This document shows, piece by piece, positions 34,309 through 41,840 of a stretch of DNA of 42,767 nt (position 1 is its first letter; each line of letters starts with the position of its first letter). The DNA comes from an uncultured Thermodesulfobacteriota bacterium (GTDB taxonomy: Bacteria; Desulfobacterota; DSWW01): the NCBI GenBank assembly GCA_964439795.1, contig CAYTRL010000002.1, positions 1 to 42,767 on the forward strand, in the 5' to 3' direction. The notes below the pieces were generated by a model. It did not search any database and was not told the DNA's origin. It saw only the letters and a list, made by a program, of their open reading frames with translations. A program made the position numbers and the translations under genes.

Positions 34309-34901
34309 CCACAGTCTCCTTTCAGGTACGCCTCGAGAAGCAAAAGGCGGTCATTGCCCCAGAACATCTTCTTCCCCACGAAGAAGGTCGGGGCCCCGAA
34401 GGCTCCGCGGGCCACGGCTTCCCCGGAATTCATCTTGAGCGTTTCCTTGATCTCCGGGTCCTGTGTCATCCGCAGGACCGTTTCTCCGTCCAGGCCCGCG
34501 GCCCGGGCCGCCGCCTGGACGTTCTCCGGCACGCTGGGATCCGTCTCCTCCACCCAGTAGATCTTCATGATCTCCCGGGCGAAACGCACTCCCTCGCCCA
34601 ACCGGTGAGCGGCCACGGCCGCCCGCATGGGCAGCAGGCTGCTCACCGGGAAGAAAGACGGAAACCGGAAAGGAACGTTGTAGAAGCGGGCCCAGGTTTC
34701 CAGATCATCGATCATATAGGACCCTTTCGCGGCCACGTCCAACGGAGGCTTGTTTCCGGTTTCCCGGAAGACGCCTCCCAGCAGAAAGGGCCTCCACTCC
34801 ACGGGAACCCCGCACCTGTCGGCCACCTCTTGGACCTTCGTTGAAGCGAGATACGTGTAGGGACTGCCCGCGTCCCAGAAAAACTCGATCTTCGTTTCCA
34901 T
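34305..34901 (-). CDS. 2-hydroxychromene-2-carboxylate isomerase / DsbA-like thioredoxin-fold protein
   Basis: IEFFWDAGSPYTYL and GAFGAPTFFVGKKMFWGNDRL. ATG 34901 follows GGGAGAG. Confidence 0.75.
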   Translation of the reverse strand: METKIEFFWDAGSPYTYLASTKVQEVADRCGVPVEWRPFLLGGVFRETGNKPPLDVAAKGSYMIDDLETWARFYNVPFRFPSFFPVSSLLPMRAAVAAHRLGEGVRFAREIMKIYWVEETDPSVPENVQAAARAAGLDGETVLRMTQDPEIKETLKMNSGEAVARGAFGAPTFFVGKKMFWGNDRLLLLEAYLKGDCG

Positions 34902-35115
34902 ACAGTACTCTCCCGTTCGTTCCATTGGACAACAGGATCCGGGCCCGGCCTCTCTCCCGCATCCTAGACCTTTCTCTCGTTTGATGCACCTAAAGATAAT
35001 AGGTTTTTCGCTCGGGACAGCGTTGACACACAGCGTCCCGTTTCCCTATGCTGACTTTATCCTGAAGCTAATCCTTTTTGATATTCTACAAAAATCTGCA
35101 GGGGGACCATCCGCC

Positions 35116-38079
35116 GTGAAAACCAACCACTGCATGACCGTCACGTGCCTGATCCTGTTCTCTGCCCTGCTCGGATGCGGAAAGGGAACCAGCGCCCCGG
35201 CGACAAACGGCGGTTCCGCCGCGGGCTGCGACCCCACGGCCGGGGCCTGTGCCACCCGGATAGAGTCTTCCGGGCAGCTGATCGGCGGCGGGCTTGCACA
35301 GGGACAGGTGGGAGACTTTCTGCTCGAGAACGACCGGATGCGGTTCATCGTTCAACGGCCGGTTCAGCACATCGCGGTGTCTTCCCAGTTCGGGGGAAAC
35401 GTGATCGACTGCGACGTGAACCGGCCGGCCGGGAACCCTGGAGAAGATGTTTTCGGCGAGCTTGGTTTTCTCGTGAACCTGGCGGGAACGGTCCGGACCG
35501 AATCGGTGGAAGTGGAAGAGCCCGGCGGGCCGGGACGACAGGCCGTGGTCGTGACGCGCGGGGGATACGACCTGAGCGGGTACTTCATCCTGGGCATGGC
35601 CGCGAAGACCCTTGTCGGTTTTGATCCGTTCTCACTCCGGGGGGTGGACCTGGACCAGCCCTGGCCCCTCCGGTTCGAGATCCGCTACATTCTCTCACCG
35701 GGAAGCCCGGGCCTGCGGGTGGAGTTCACGGCCCGGAACACGGGGTCCGATCCGGTGCCGTTCCTCCTCGCCTACTTCGTGCAGGGGGGACAGGTCAACC
35801 TTTTCCTTCCGGGTCGATCGGCCTTCGGGTCCGGAGAGATCGATGTGGCGGATATGATCTTCTTCGACCCGGTGGAACGGGGAATCCCGGTGGGATACGG
35901 CCTCACCCCGGACGGCCGCGAAGACCGGTTCCTCCTGGCCATGCTCGGAGCCCAGGTCCTTCTGCACAAGGGAGAGGTTGCGGACATCATCCTGTTTCCG
36001 GACCGCTCTCCGGACAGCGTCCCCCCGGGCGGCTCCCTGACGTTTGGTTCGTATTTTGTTGCCGGAAAAGATGTGGACCAGGCCATCGAGAACGCCAACA
36101 AGGTCGCGGATCAGAAGGCATGCTCGCCGGTGTTGGGCCGCGTGGTCGAGGACGGATCGGGTCTCCCCATCCATGGGGCGGACGTGACCGCGCTCCGGGA
36201 GCCGGGAACAGCGCCCTGGCCCCTGGCGATCACTCATACGCGGACCGGTTCCCAGGGGCGCTTTCAGCTTTGCCTCCCTCCCGGCCCGGCGGCGCTGATC
36301 GCCGGGCAGACCGGAAGACCCTACGCAGACGGCCGTTCGGAGCCCACACCGGTGCCCCTGGAAGTACCCTTTCGCGCCGAACCCCCGGAAACTCCGGACG
36401 TGACGCTGACCCTGCCCCCCACGGCCCGTCTGCATGTGGAGGTCAAAGACTCGTTCGGCGATCGGCTTCCCGCGCGCCTGACACTGCTGGGCCTGGACCC
36501 GAGCCCGCCGGATTCAGGACTCCAGGGGGACGGGTTCGATCCGCTGGCTCCCGGTGTCCTGCGCATGGTGGACAGCATCACCGGTGAATTCGACATTTTC
36601 GTGGAACCCGGGGACATGGACCTGGTAATCACCCGGGGGGTGGAGTACTCCATGTTCCGGCAGCCGCTGGCCCTGTCGGCCAACGAAGCCCGGGAGATCC
36701 AGGTCCAGCTCCATCACGTGGTGAACACCCGGGGGTTTCTGTCCGGGGACTTTCACGTACATTCCGCTCCCGGCCCGGACTGCGTACTCTCGTACCGGAA
36801 ACGGGTCGCCAACATGCTGACGGAGGGGGTGGACGTGATCGTGGCCACCGACCACGCATACGTTTCCGACTACTGGCCCACCATCCGGGAGATGGGTGTG
36901 GCGGGAAAGATCGCCACCATCGCCGGCCAGGAGATCACCACCTTTTCCACCGGTCACTTCGGCCCCTTTCCCCTGCCCCGGACCGATACCCCCAACGGCG
37001 GGGCGATCAACTGGGTGGGCAAGAGCCCGGTCCAATTGGTGGAAGAGGTCCTCGGCATCAACCCGAACGCCGTCTTCCAGATCATGCATCCCAGGGCGAT
37101 TCCGGCTCCCGGAAACATATCCAACTACTTCACCCTCATCGATCTGCTGTTCGATATGAACGGCCCTTTCAACGGCCCGGACGCATTTCCACCCGGGGAC
37201 AGCCGGCTTCCTCCGGACACGCAGTGGCTTTCCCCAAGGTTCAACGCCATGGAGGTCATCACCTTCGGCAACGTACAGGGGCTTTCCGACTGGTTCAACC
37301 TGCTGAACGCGGGATGGCGACTTACGGCCACGGGCAACTCGGACACGCACACGCGCTGGGTGGAGGGGAGCGGCTACGCCCGGAACCTGGTCCGGGTCGG
37401 GGAGGGGTACGACGACCTGGCGGACTTCGATGCCGAACATTTCACCCGGGCCGTCCGGGAGGGGAAGAACAGCGTCACCCTGGGCGCCTTCATCGATATG
37501 ACCATACGAAACTCCCAGGGTCCCGGACAGGCCCGGGTGGGGGAACTGCTGGATGCGCCGGCCGGCACGGAAATCAAGATCGATGTGCAGGTTCAAAGCC
37601 CTTCCTGGCTCGTGGCGGACCGTCTGACCCTTTACGAGAACGGCGTCCCCTTCAGCGACATCCCGGCCCTGCCCTCTCCCGTCCCCGGCCATGCGGGCGG
37701 CACGAGGAACGAATTCCGAACGACGGTGGCCCGAACCGTCTCCGGTGACGCGCACTACACCGCTTCGGTGACGGGTTCCCAGAGCCTGTACCCCCTCCTG
37801 CCCTACAACTGGAAAAACCGGAAAGCCATCACCCTGGAACAGATCCGGTCGGGCAGCCTGCCCGGCACGATCCTGCCTTTCTCGGTGACGAACCCGGTCT
37901 GGGTGGATGCGGACGGAGACGGTTCCATCTCGCCCAACCACCGGATCGTTCCGCAGGATTGCCAGGAATACCGCAAGGACGACCGCACCAACCCCTACGT
38001 CCCGGTTCCGGCGAGGAACTGTAAGTGCGTGCTGGAAAACAAAGCCCCCGGCTGTGGAATCCGTGGGGGGGCAAATTAG
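35116..38079 (+). CDS. large lipoprotein with a carboxypeptidase-regulatory-like domain and a PHP/CehA-McbA-type metallohydrolase domain
   Basis: Lipobox FSALLGCG. GRVVEDGSGLPIHGADV. Metal motifs GDFHVHSAPG, VIVATDHAY and GNSDTHT. Start is GTG 35116 or ATG 35134. Confidence 0.7.
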   Translation: MKTNHCMTVTCLILFSALLGCGKGTSAPATNGGSAAGCDPTAGACATRIESSGQLIGGGLAQGQVGDFLLENDRMRFIVQRPVQHIAVSSQFGGNVIDCDVNRPAGNPGEDVFGELGFLVNLAGTVRTESVEVEEPGGPGRQAVVVTRGGYDLSGYFILGMAAKTLVGFDPFSLRGVDLDQPWPLRFEIRYILSPGSPGLRVEFTARNTGSDPVPFLLAYFVQGGQVNLFLPGRSAFGSGEIDVADMIFFDPVERGIPVGYGLTPDGREDRFLLAMLGAQVLLHKGEVADIILFPDRSPDSVPPGGSLTFGSYFVAGKDVDQAIENANKVADQKACSPVLGRVVEDGSGLPIHGADVTALREPGTAPWPLAITHTRTGSQGRFQLCLPPGPAALIAGQTGRPYADGRSEPTPVPLEVPFRAEPPETPDVTLTLPPTARLHVEVKDSFGDRLPARLTLLGLDPSPPDSGLQGDGFDPLAPGVLRMVDSITGEFDIFVEPGDMDLVITRGVEYSMFRQPLALSANEAREIQVQLHHVVNTRGFLSGDFHVHSAPGPDCVLSYRKRVANMLTEGVDVIVATDHAYVSDYWPTIREMGVAGKIATIAGQEITTFSTGHFGPFPLPRTDTPNGGAINWVGKSPVQLVEEVLGINPNAVFQIMHPRAIPAPGNISNYFTLIDLLFDMNGPFNGPDAFPPGDSRLPPDTQWLSPRFNAMEVITFGNVQGLSDWFNLLNAGWRLTATGNSDTHTRWVEGSGYARNLVRVGEGYDDLADFDAEHFTRAVREGKNSVTLGAFIDMTIRNSQGPGQARVGELLDAPAGTEIKIDVQVQSPSWLVADRLTLYENGVPFSDIPALPSPVPGHAGGTRNEFRTTVARTVSGDAHYTASVTGSQSLYPLLPYNWKNRKAITLEQIRSGSLPGTILPFSVTNPVWVDADGDGSISPNHRIVPQDCQEYRKDDRTNPYVPVPARNCKCVLENKAPGCGIRGGAN

Positions 38080-38095
38080 GAAAGGTCTTTCATCA

Positions 38096-38563
38096 TCACT
38101 GGATGTGGCCCAGAAGCCGCATCCGCTCTTCCTGCGCAGCCATCCGTTCCATGTCCATCTCACTCCACTGCTGCTTGAGCGTGGTAAGCCTGTCGCAGTG
38201 GTAGAGCAGTTCTTCGGCCATCTGCTGCTCCCAGAGGACTTCATCGGCCCGGTCGTTCCCTGCCGACTCTTTGCTGTCGGTCCGGGGACCGCTTCCAAGT
38301 TCCTTTTCAATGGCCCGGATACGCTTCTTGATCTTTACGGCTTTATCCCGGAGGCTTCTCATGGCCTTGAGAACGCTGAACTCCCTCTCCGTCATGAAGC
38401 GCCAGGGTCCCCCGGAGGGTTTCCCGGTTCCGCCACGGGACGACTTCTCCTCGTTTTTCGAGAAAAGGGCCGAGCAGAGGCCGCATGAGTCGATCTCCTC
38501 GGCAGGCGACTCCTTCCCTACCCCTGCCTTTTCCGGATTCGGGTCCTTTTTCATTCCGGCCAT
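38096..38563 (-). CDS. hypothetical charged/coiled-coil protein
   Basis: GGAGGAG SD precedes ATG 38563. 155 aa: a Lys/Glu-rich N-terminal half and a helical C-terminal half. No motif recognised. Confidence 0.5.
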   Translation of the reverse strand: MAGMKKDPNPEKAGVGKESPAEEIDSCGLCSALFSKNEEKSSRGGTGKPSGGPWRFMTEREFSVLKAMRSLRDKAVKIKKRIRAIEKELGSGPRTDSKESAGNDRADEVLWEQQMAEELLYHCDRLTTLKQQWSEMDMERMAAQEERMRLLGHIQ

Positions 38564-39023
38564 GATCGTTCTCCTCCATTGTCCGGCACACCGTTTCCCC
38601 GAAACAGGGCCCCTTTCTTTCGTGCTGCGTATCATTGATCGGACTCACCGATCCCTTCCCTCGCTCTGTCCCCTCCTTTCTTTTGATAGTCAATGAAGGG
38701 CGCACGATTCAGAAGCCTTGTGAAACCGTGAGGGCCGTCCGCTGCCATCCCGGGCGGATCGATCGGGCTGATACCGATGGATCGGGCACCATGAAAAAAC
38801 ACGGATATGGATGCCCCCTTCCGCAGTCATGACACAAGAAGTCGTTCAGGCACCCGTCAGCCCGAAAGGCCAGGCCCCGGAACCGCCAACCCGGAGCCGG
38901 ATCCTGGACCGGATATATGGTCTTACAAAAAAAGGTACCATTAATCGACCCCCAAAGGACGTCCATTAACATGCCTATATTTAAAGCTAATTCAGACATC
39001 AAAAAACAATATAAAGATTTCTG

Positions 39024-39052
39024 TTGACTTTATATGTTACCTTTTATATTAT
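39024..39052 (+). promoter_or_regulatory. near-consensus sigma70 promoter of the recombinase gene with an overlapping 9-bp inverted repeat
   Basis: TTGACT (39024-39029), 17-nt spacer, TATTAT (39047-39052). ATGTTACCT (39034-39042) and AGGTAACAT (39063-39071) bracket the -10 and the start region. Confidence 0.55.
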
Positions 39053-39091
39053 TTGTATCGATAGGTAACATTCAACAAGGAGGACCGGATC

Positions 39092-39691
39092 ATGAGTCAC
39101 AGAACCAGCTTAAAGGGGCGCTCCCTGAAGGTGGCGCCCATCCGCGACCCCGAGGACGTGGCGACCATCCGCCAGCAGTTGCTGGATCAGGGGAAATTGC
39201 GGGAGGCGTTGATCTTCTGCATGGGCACGAACAACGGGTTGAGATCCAGCGACCTCCTCGACCTGCGGGTGGGAGATGTCCGCACCCTGGACGTGGGGAT
39301 CCAGAAGCACCTGCGTGAGAAGAAAACCGGCAGGACGACCTTCTTTGTGCTGAACCCGCTCTGCTTCCGGATCCTGAAGGAGTATCTCGAGCAGAACCCG
39401 GAATTCCAGGACAAAGATTTCCTGTTCCCCTCTCGGAAAGGACACGGAAGGCTCAGGACACGCTCCCTGAACCGGATGGTCAAGGAGTGGTGCGAGGATG
39501 CCGGCTTGAACAGGGAAGCCTACGGGTCCCAGACCCTGAGAAAAACCTTTGGCTACATCCAGAGGACCAAGTACGGTTCGAGTTGGAAGATCCTGTGCCA
39601 GCGGTTCGGGCACACCAACCCGGAGACCACCAAGGAGTACCTGGGACTGGCCGATGAAGAAGTCACCGAAATGCTCATGAAAGAGATTTAA
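39092..39691 (+). CDS. small tyrosine-type site-specific recombinase/integrase (catalytic domain only, FimB/FimE-sized)
   Basis: GLRSSDLLDLRVGDV (Arg I), KKTGRT (Lys), TLRKTFG (Arg II; His I position is Gln), GHTNPETTKEYL (His/Tyr nucleophile). SD AAGGAGGA. Confidence 0.85.
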   Translation: MSHRTSLKGRSLKVAPIRDPEDVATIRQQLLDQGKLREALIFCMGTNNGLRSSDLLDLRVGDVRTLDVGIQKHLREKKTGRTTFFVLNPLCFRILKEYLEQNPEFQDKDFLFPSRKGHGRLRTRSLNRMVKEWCEDAGLNREAYGSQTLRKTFGYIQRTKYGSSWKILCQRFGHTNPETTKEYLGLADEEVTEMLMKEI

Positions 39692-39708
39692 AAAGAAAGG
39701 AGGCACTC

Positions 39709-39912
39709 ATGTTCTTTGATTTCGGACCCTTGATCCTTCTGGTTCTCGCGATCTATCTCGTGGCAGGCGCCTGCATCCTGGCCCTCGGTTCCCTGATGTC
39801 AGCCTTTCTGATCGTTCGGACGGTGAGGCGCTCGAGGGTGTCGCAGACTATGGGAAAGCAAAAGCCCCGCCGCCGGACTCCCTTGAAACCGCTTGCAGGC
39901 CGAGCCTACTAG
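39709..39912 (+). CDS. 67-aa membrane protein with a basic tail, unknown function
   Basis: SD AAAGGAGG lies 6 nt upstream of the ATG. One or two TM helices (GPLILLVLAIYLVAGACILALGSLMSAFLIV) followed by an RRSR...KPRRR tail. 17 nt after the integrase stop. Confidence 0.5.
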   Translation: MFFDFGPLILLVLAIYLVAGACILALGSLMSAFLIVRTVRRSRVSQTMGKQKPRRRTPLKPLAGRAY

Positions 39913-39969
39913 AGGGGCGTGTCGGAAAACATCTTATTGCAGTCATCCCGGAGAACGCCGGGAGGTGGA

Positions 39970-40020
39970 TTCACAAACAAAGTGCAACACCCTTATGAGG
40001 TGTTGCACTTTGTTTGTGAA
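39970..40020. other. perfect 22-bp inverted repeat (7-nt loop); recombination site, protein-binding site or atypical terminator
   Basis: TTCACAAACAAAGTGCAACACC-CTTATGA-GGTGTTGCACTTTGTTTGTGAA. No U-tract on either side. Confidence 0.6.
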
Positions 40021-40082
40021 ATGAAGGGATGCGGCAGAGGAACTCGAGCGGAAGAGTGCTCACCAGCCGCTTGAGGTCGTAT

Positions 40083-40111
40083 TTGATTCCCCCGGGGGCA
40101 TCCGCTAGTAT
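40083..40111 (+). promoter_or_regulatory. candidate sigma70 promoter of the PurF-like gene
   Basis: TTGATT (40083-40088), 17-nt spacer, TAGTAT (40106-40111). Confidence 0.4.
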
Positions 40112-40181
40112 ATTTTTTCGGCCGGGTGGAATTTTTTTTATTGATTAAACAGGTACAGCAACAAAACAAAGGGAAAACGAA

Positions 40182-41573
40182 ATGAGCGGGCTTTTTGGTA
40201 TTGTTTCATCGGGAAACTGCTCTGAGACGCTGTTCTACGGGACGGACTATCATTCCCACATGGGAACCGAAAAGGCGGGGATGGTGGTCATGGGCTCCCA
40301 GATCCACCGAAGGATACGCGATATCAGCCTGGCCCAGTTCAAGTCCAAGTTCGCGGCCGAGTACAAGACCATGCCCGGCCGGATGGGCATCGGCGTCATC
40401 AGCGACCTGGACCCCCAGCCCATGCTCATATCCACCCACTTTGGGGAGTTTGCCGTGGCCACCATGGGCCGGATCCTCAACACCAAGGAACTGGTCGAAA
40501 AACTGCACGAAAAAGGGGTCGCATTCTCGGAGATCTCCGACACGGGAATCAACCGGACGGAAATCGTTGCCCGGATGATCGCCATGGGGGAAAACCCCGA
40601 GGACGGTATTGCCAAGACGATGGAACAGATCGAAGGATCCTGCTCCCTGCTGTTGCTGACCCGAAACGCCCTCTATGCCGCACGGGACAACCTGGGCCGA
40701 TCGCCTCTCATCCTGGCGAAGAACGGAGGCGACTGGGCCGTATCAACCGAGAGCTGTGCCTTTTCCAACCTGGGGTTCCGAGTGGACCGGGACCTGGAAC
40801 CGGGAGAGATCATCCGGATCGAGTCAGGTGAGGTCCATAAACTGCGGCCCGGGCTTCCCCGGAAACAGGTCTGCACGTTTCTCTGGATTTACACCGGGTA
40901 CCCGGCCTCACAATATGAGGGAATCTCAGTGGAAGGCGTTCGCCAGCGGTGCGGGACGTACCTGGCCCGTTCGGACTCCGTGGAGGCGGACCTGGCTGCG
41001 GGCGTCCCGGACTCCGGTACCGGCCACGCCATCGGATATGCCATGGAGGCCGGCATTCCCTACCAGCGTCCTCTGGTCAAGTACACTCCCGGATATGGAA
41101 GAAGCTACACGCCGCCCTCCCAGGAAATCCGAGACCTCGTGGCCGAAATGAAACTCATCCCCATCCGGGAGGTGATCCAGGGAAAGCGGATCGTGCTGTG
41201 CGAGGACTCCATCGTGCGGGGCACCCAGCTGAAGAACCTCACCGTCCAGAAGCTCTGGGAAAACAAGGCCAAGGAGATTCACATCCGCCCGGCGTGTCCC
41301 CCGCTCATGTTTCCGTGCATGTTCCTCCGGTCCACCCGGCACATCAACGAGTTGGCCGCCCGCAAGGCCATCCACTCCCTGGAAGGCAGGGACACGGAGG
41401 ACGTGAGTGCGTATCTGGATGAATCGAGCCCACAGTACAAGGCCATGGTGGAGTGGATCCTGCGGGACCTGAACGTGACCTCGCTCCTGTACCAGCGGTT
41501 GGACGACATGGTGCAGGCCATCGGTCTCCCGCGGGAGCAGTTGTGTCTTTATTGCTGGAACGGTCAGGATTAA
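40182..41573 (+). CDS. amidophosphoribosyltransferase (PurF)-like protein lacking the N-terminal Cys nucleophile
   Basis: PRTase motif IVLCEDSIVRGTQL. Fe-S-type Cys residues in VCTFLWIY, PACPPLMFPC and CLYCWNG. The N-terminus is MSGLFGI rather than MCG(I/V)xGI, and the glutaminase-site motifs are degenerate. Confidence 0.8.
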   Translation: MSGLFGIVSSGNCSETLFYGTDYHSHMGTEKAGMVVMGSQIHRRIRDISLAQFKSKFAAEYKTMPGRMGIGVISDLDPQPMLISTHFGEFAVATMGRILNTKELVEKLHEKGVAFSEISDTGINRTEIVARMIAMGENPEDGIAKTMEQIEGSCSLLLLTRNALYAARDNLGRSPLILAKNGGDWAVSTESCAFSNLGFRVDRDLEPGEIIRIESGEVHKLRPGLPRKQVCTFLWIYTGYPASQYEGISVEGVRQRCGTYLARSDSVEADLAAGVPDSGTGHAIGYAMEAGIPYQRPLVKYTPGYGRSYTPPSQEIRDLVAEMKLIPIREVIQGKRIVLCEDSIVRGTQLKNLTVQKLWENKAKEIHIRPACPPLMFPCMFLRSTRHINELAARKAIHSLEGRDTEDVSAYLDESSPQYKAMVEWILRDLNVTSLLYQRLDDMVQAIGLPREQLCLYCWNGQD

Positions 41574-41574
41574 T

Positions 41575-41697
41575 CAGGCGAACGATAAGCACCCGTCTGC
41601 GGCGTTGGGCTCAGTCCGTATCACTGCGACGTACTTAGTACTGTCTTGCGACCCACACCTTCGCCCGCCGTAGATACGGGCACTTCTTGTTCGCCTG
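41575..41697. other. 123-nt long-range imperfect palindrome (candidate structured RNA or MITE)
   Basis: Outer 9-bp stem CAGGCGAAC (41575-41583) / GTTCGCCTG (41689-41697). Inner ~13-bp stem 41592-41604 / 41666-41680 with a 2-nt bulge and one G-U pair when read on the + strand. GC content is lower than the flanks. Confidence 0.35.
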
Positions 41698-41840
41698 AAA
41701 AAGAGGTGGGTCTTCTTTCACTGAAGTTGTTTTACGTTGCTCACGGGCAGAACTCTCGAGAGGGGTGCCCATCTTGAGAACTGCCGGGGGTCGATGCCCC
41801 TTGGTCTCCGACACAGGCCATCCCAGGGACCGGGGCGGAT

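Larger units (their letters stand above)
38934..40157. mobile_element. candidate 1.2-kb recombinase cassette bounded by imperfect inverted repeats
   Basis: GGTACCATTAATCGA (38934-38948) vs TTGATTAAACAGGTACA (40141-40157): 12 of 15 positions match in inverted orientation, with a 2-nt indel. Both ends sit in the only strongly AT-rich DNA of the window. The contents are an integrase, a 67-aa TM protein and a 22-bp hairpin. Confidence 0.25.

Noticed and set aside
38709-39002. 97-aa minus-strand ORF divergent from the recombinase gene, considered as a possible excisionase or regulator.
   Set aside because: No SD, no HTH-like segment, and an odd composition (Cys/Gly/Pro/Phe). It begins in the AT-rich promoter DNA. 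It cannot be excluded without a homology search.
41575-41840. Known housekeeping RNAs (SRP/4.5S, 6S, tmRNA, RNase P) in the gap between the PurF-like gene and rpsA.
   Set aside because: I could not find the conserved SRP domain IV motif (GGAAGGAAGCAGC-like), a tmRNA tag/acceptor arrangement, or RNase P P4 sequences. The closed helix is too short for 6S RNA. It is kept only as an unclassified structured element.
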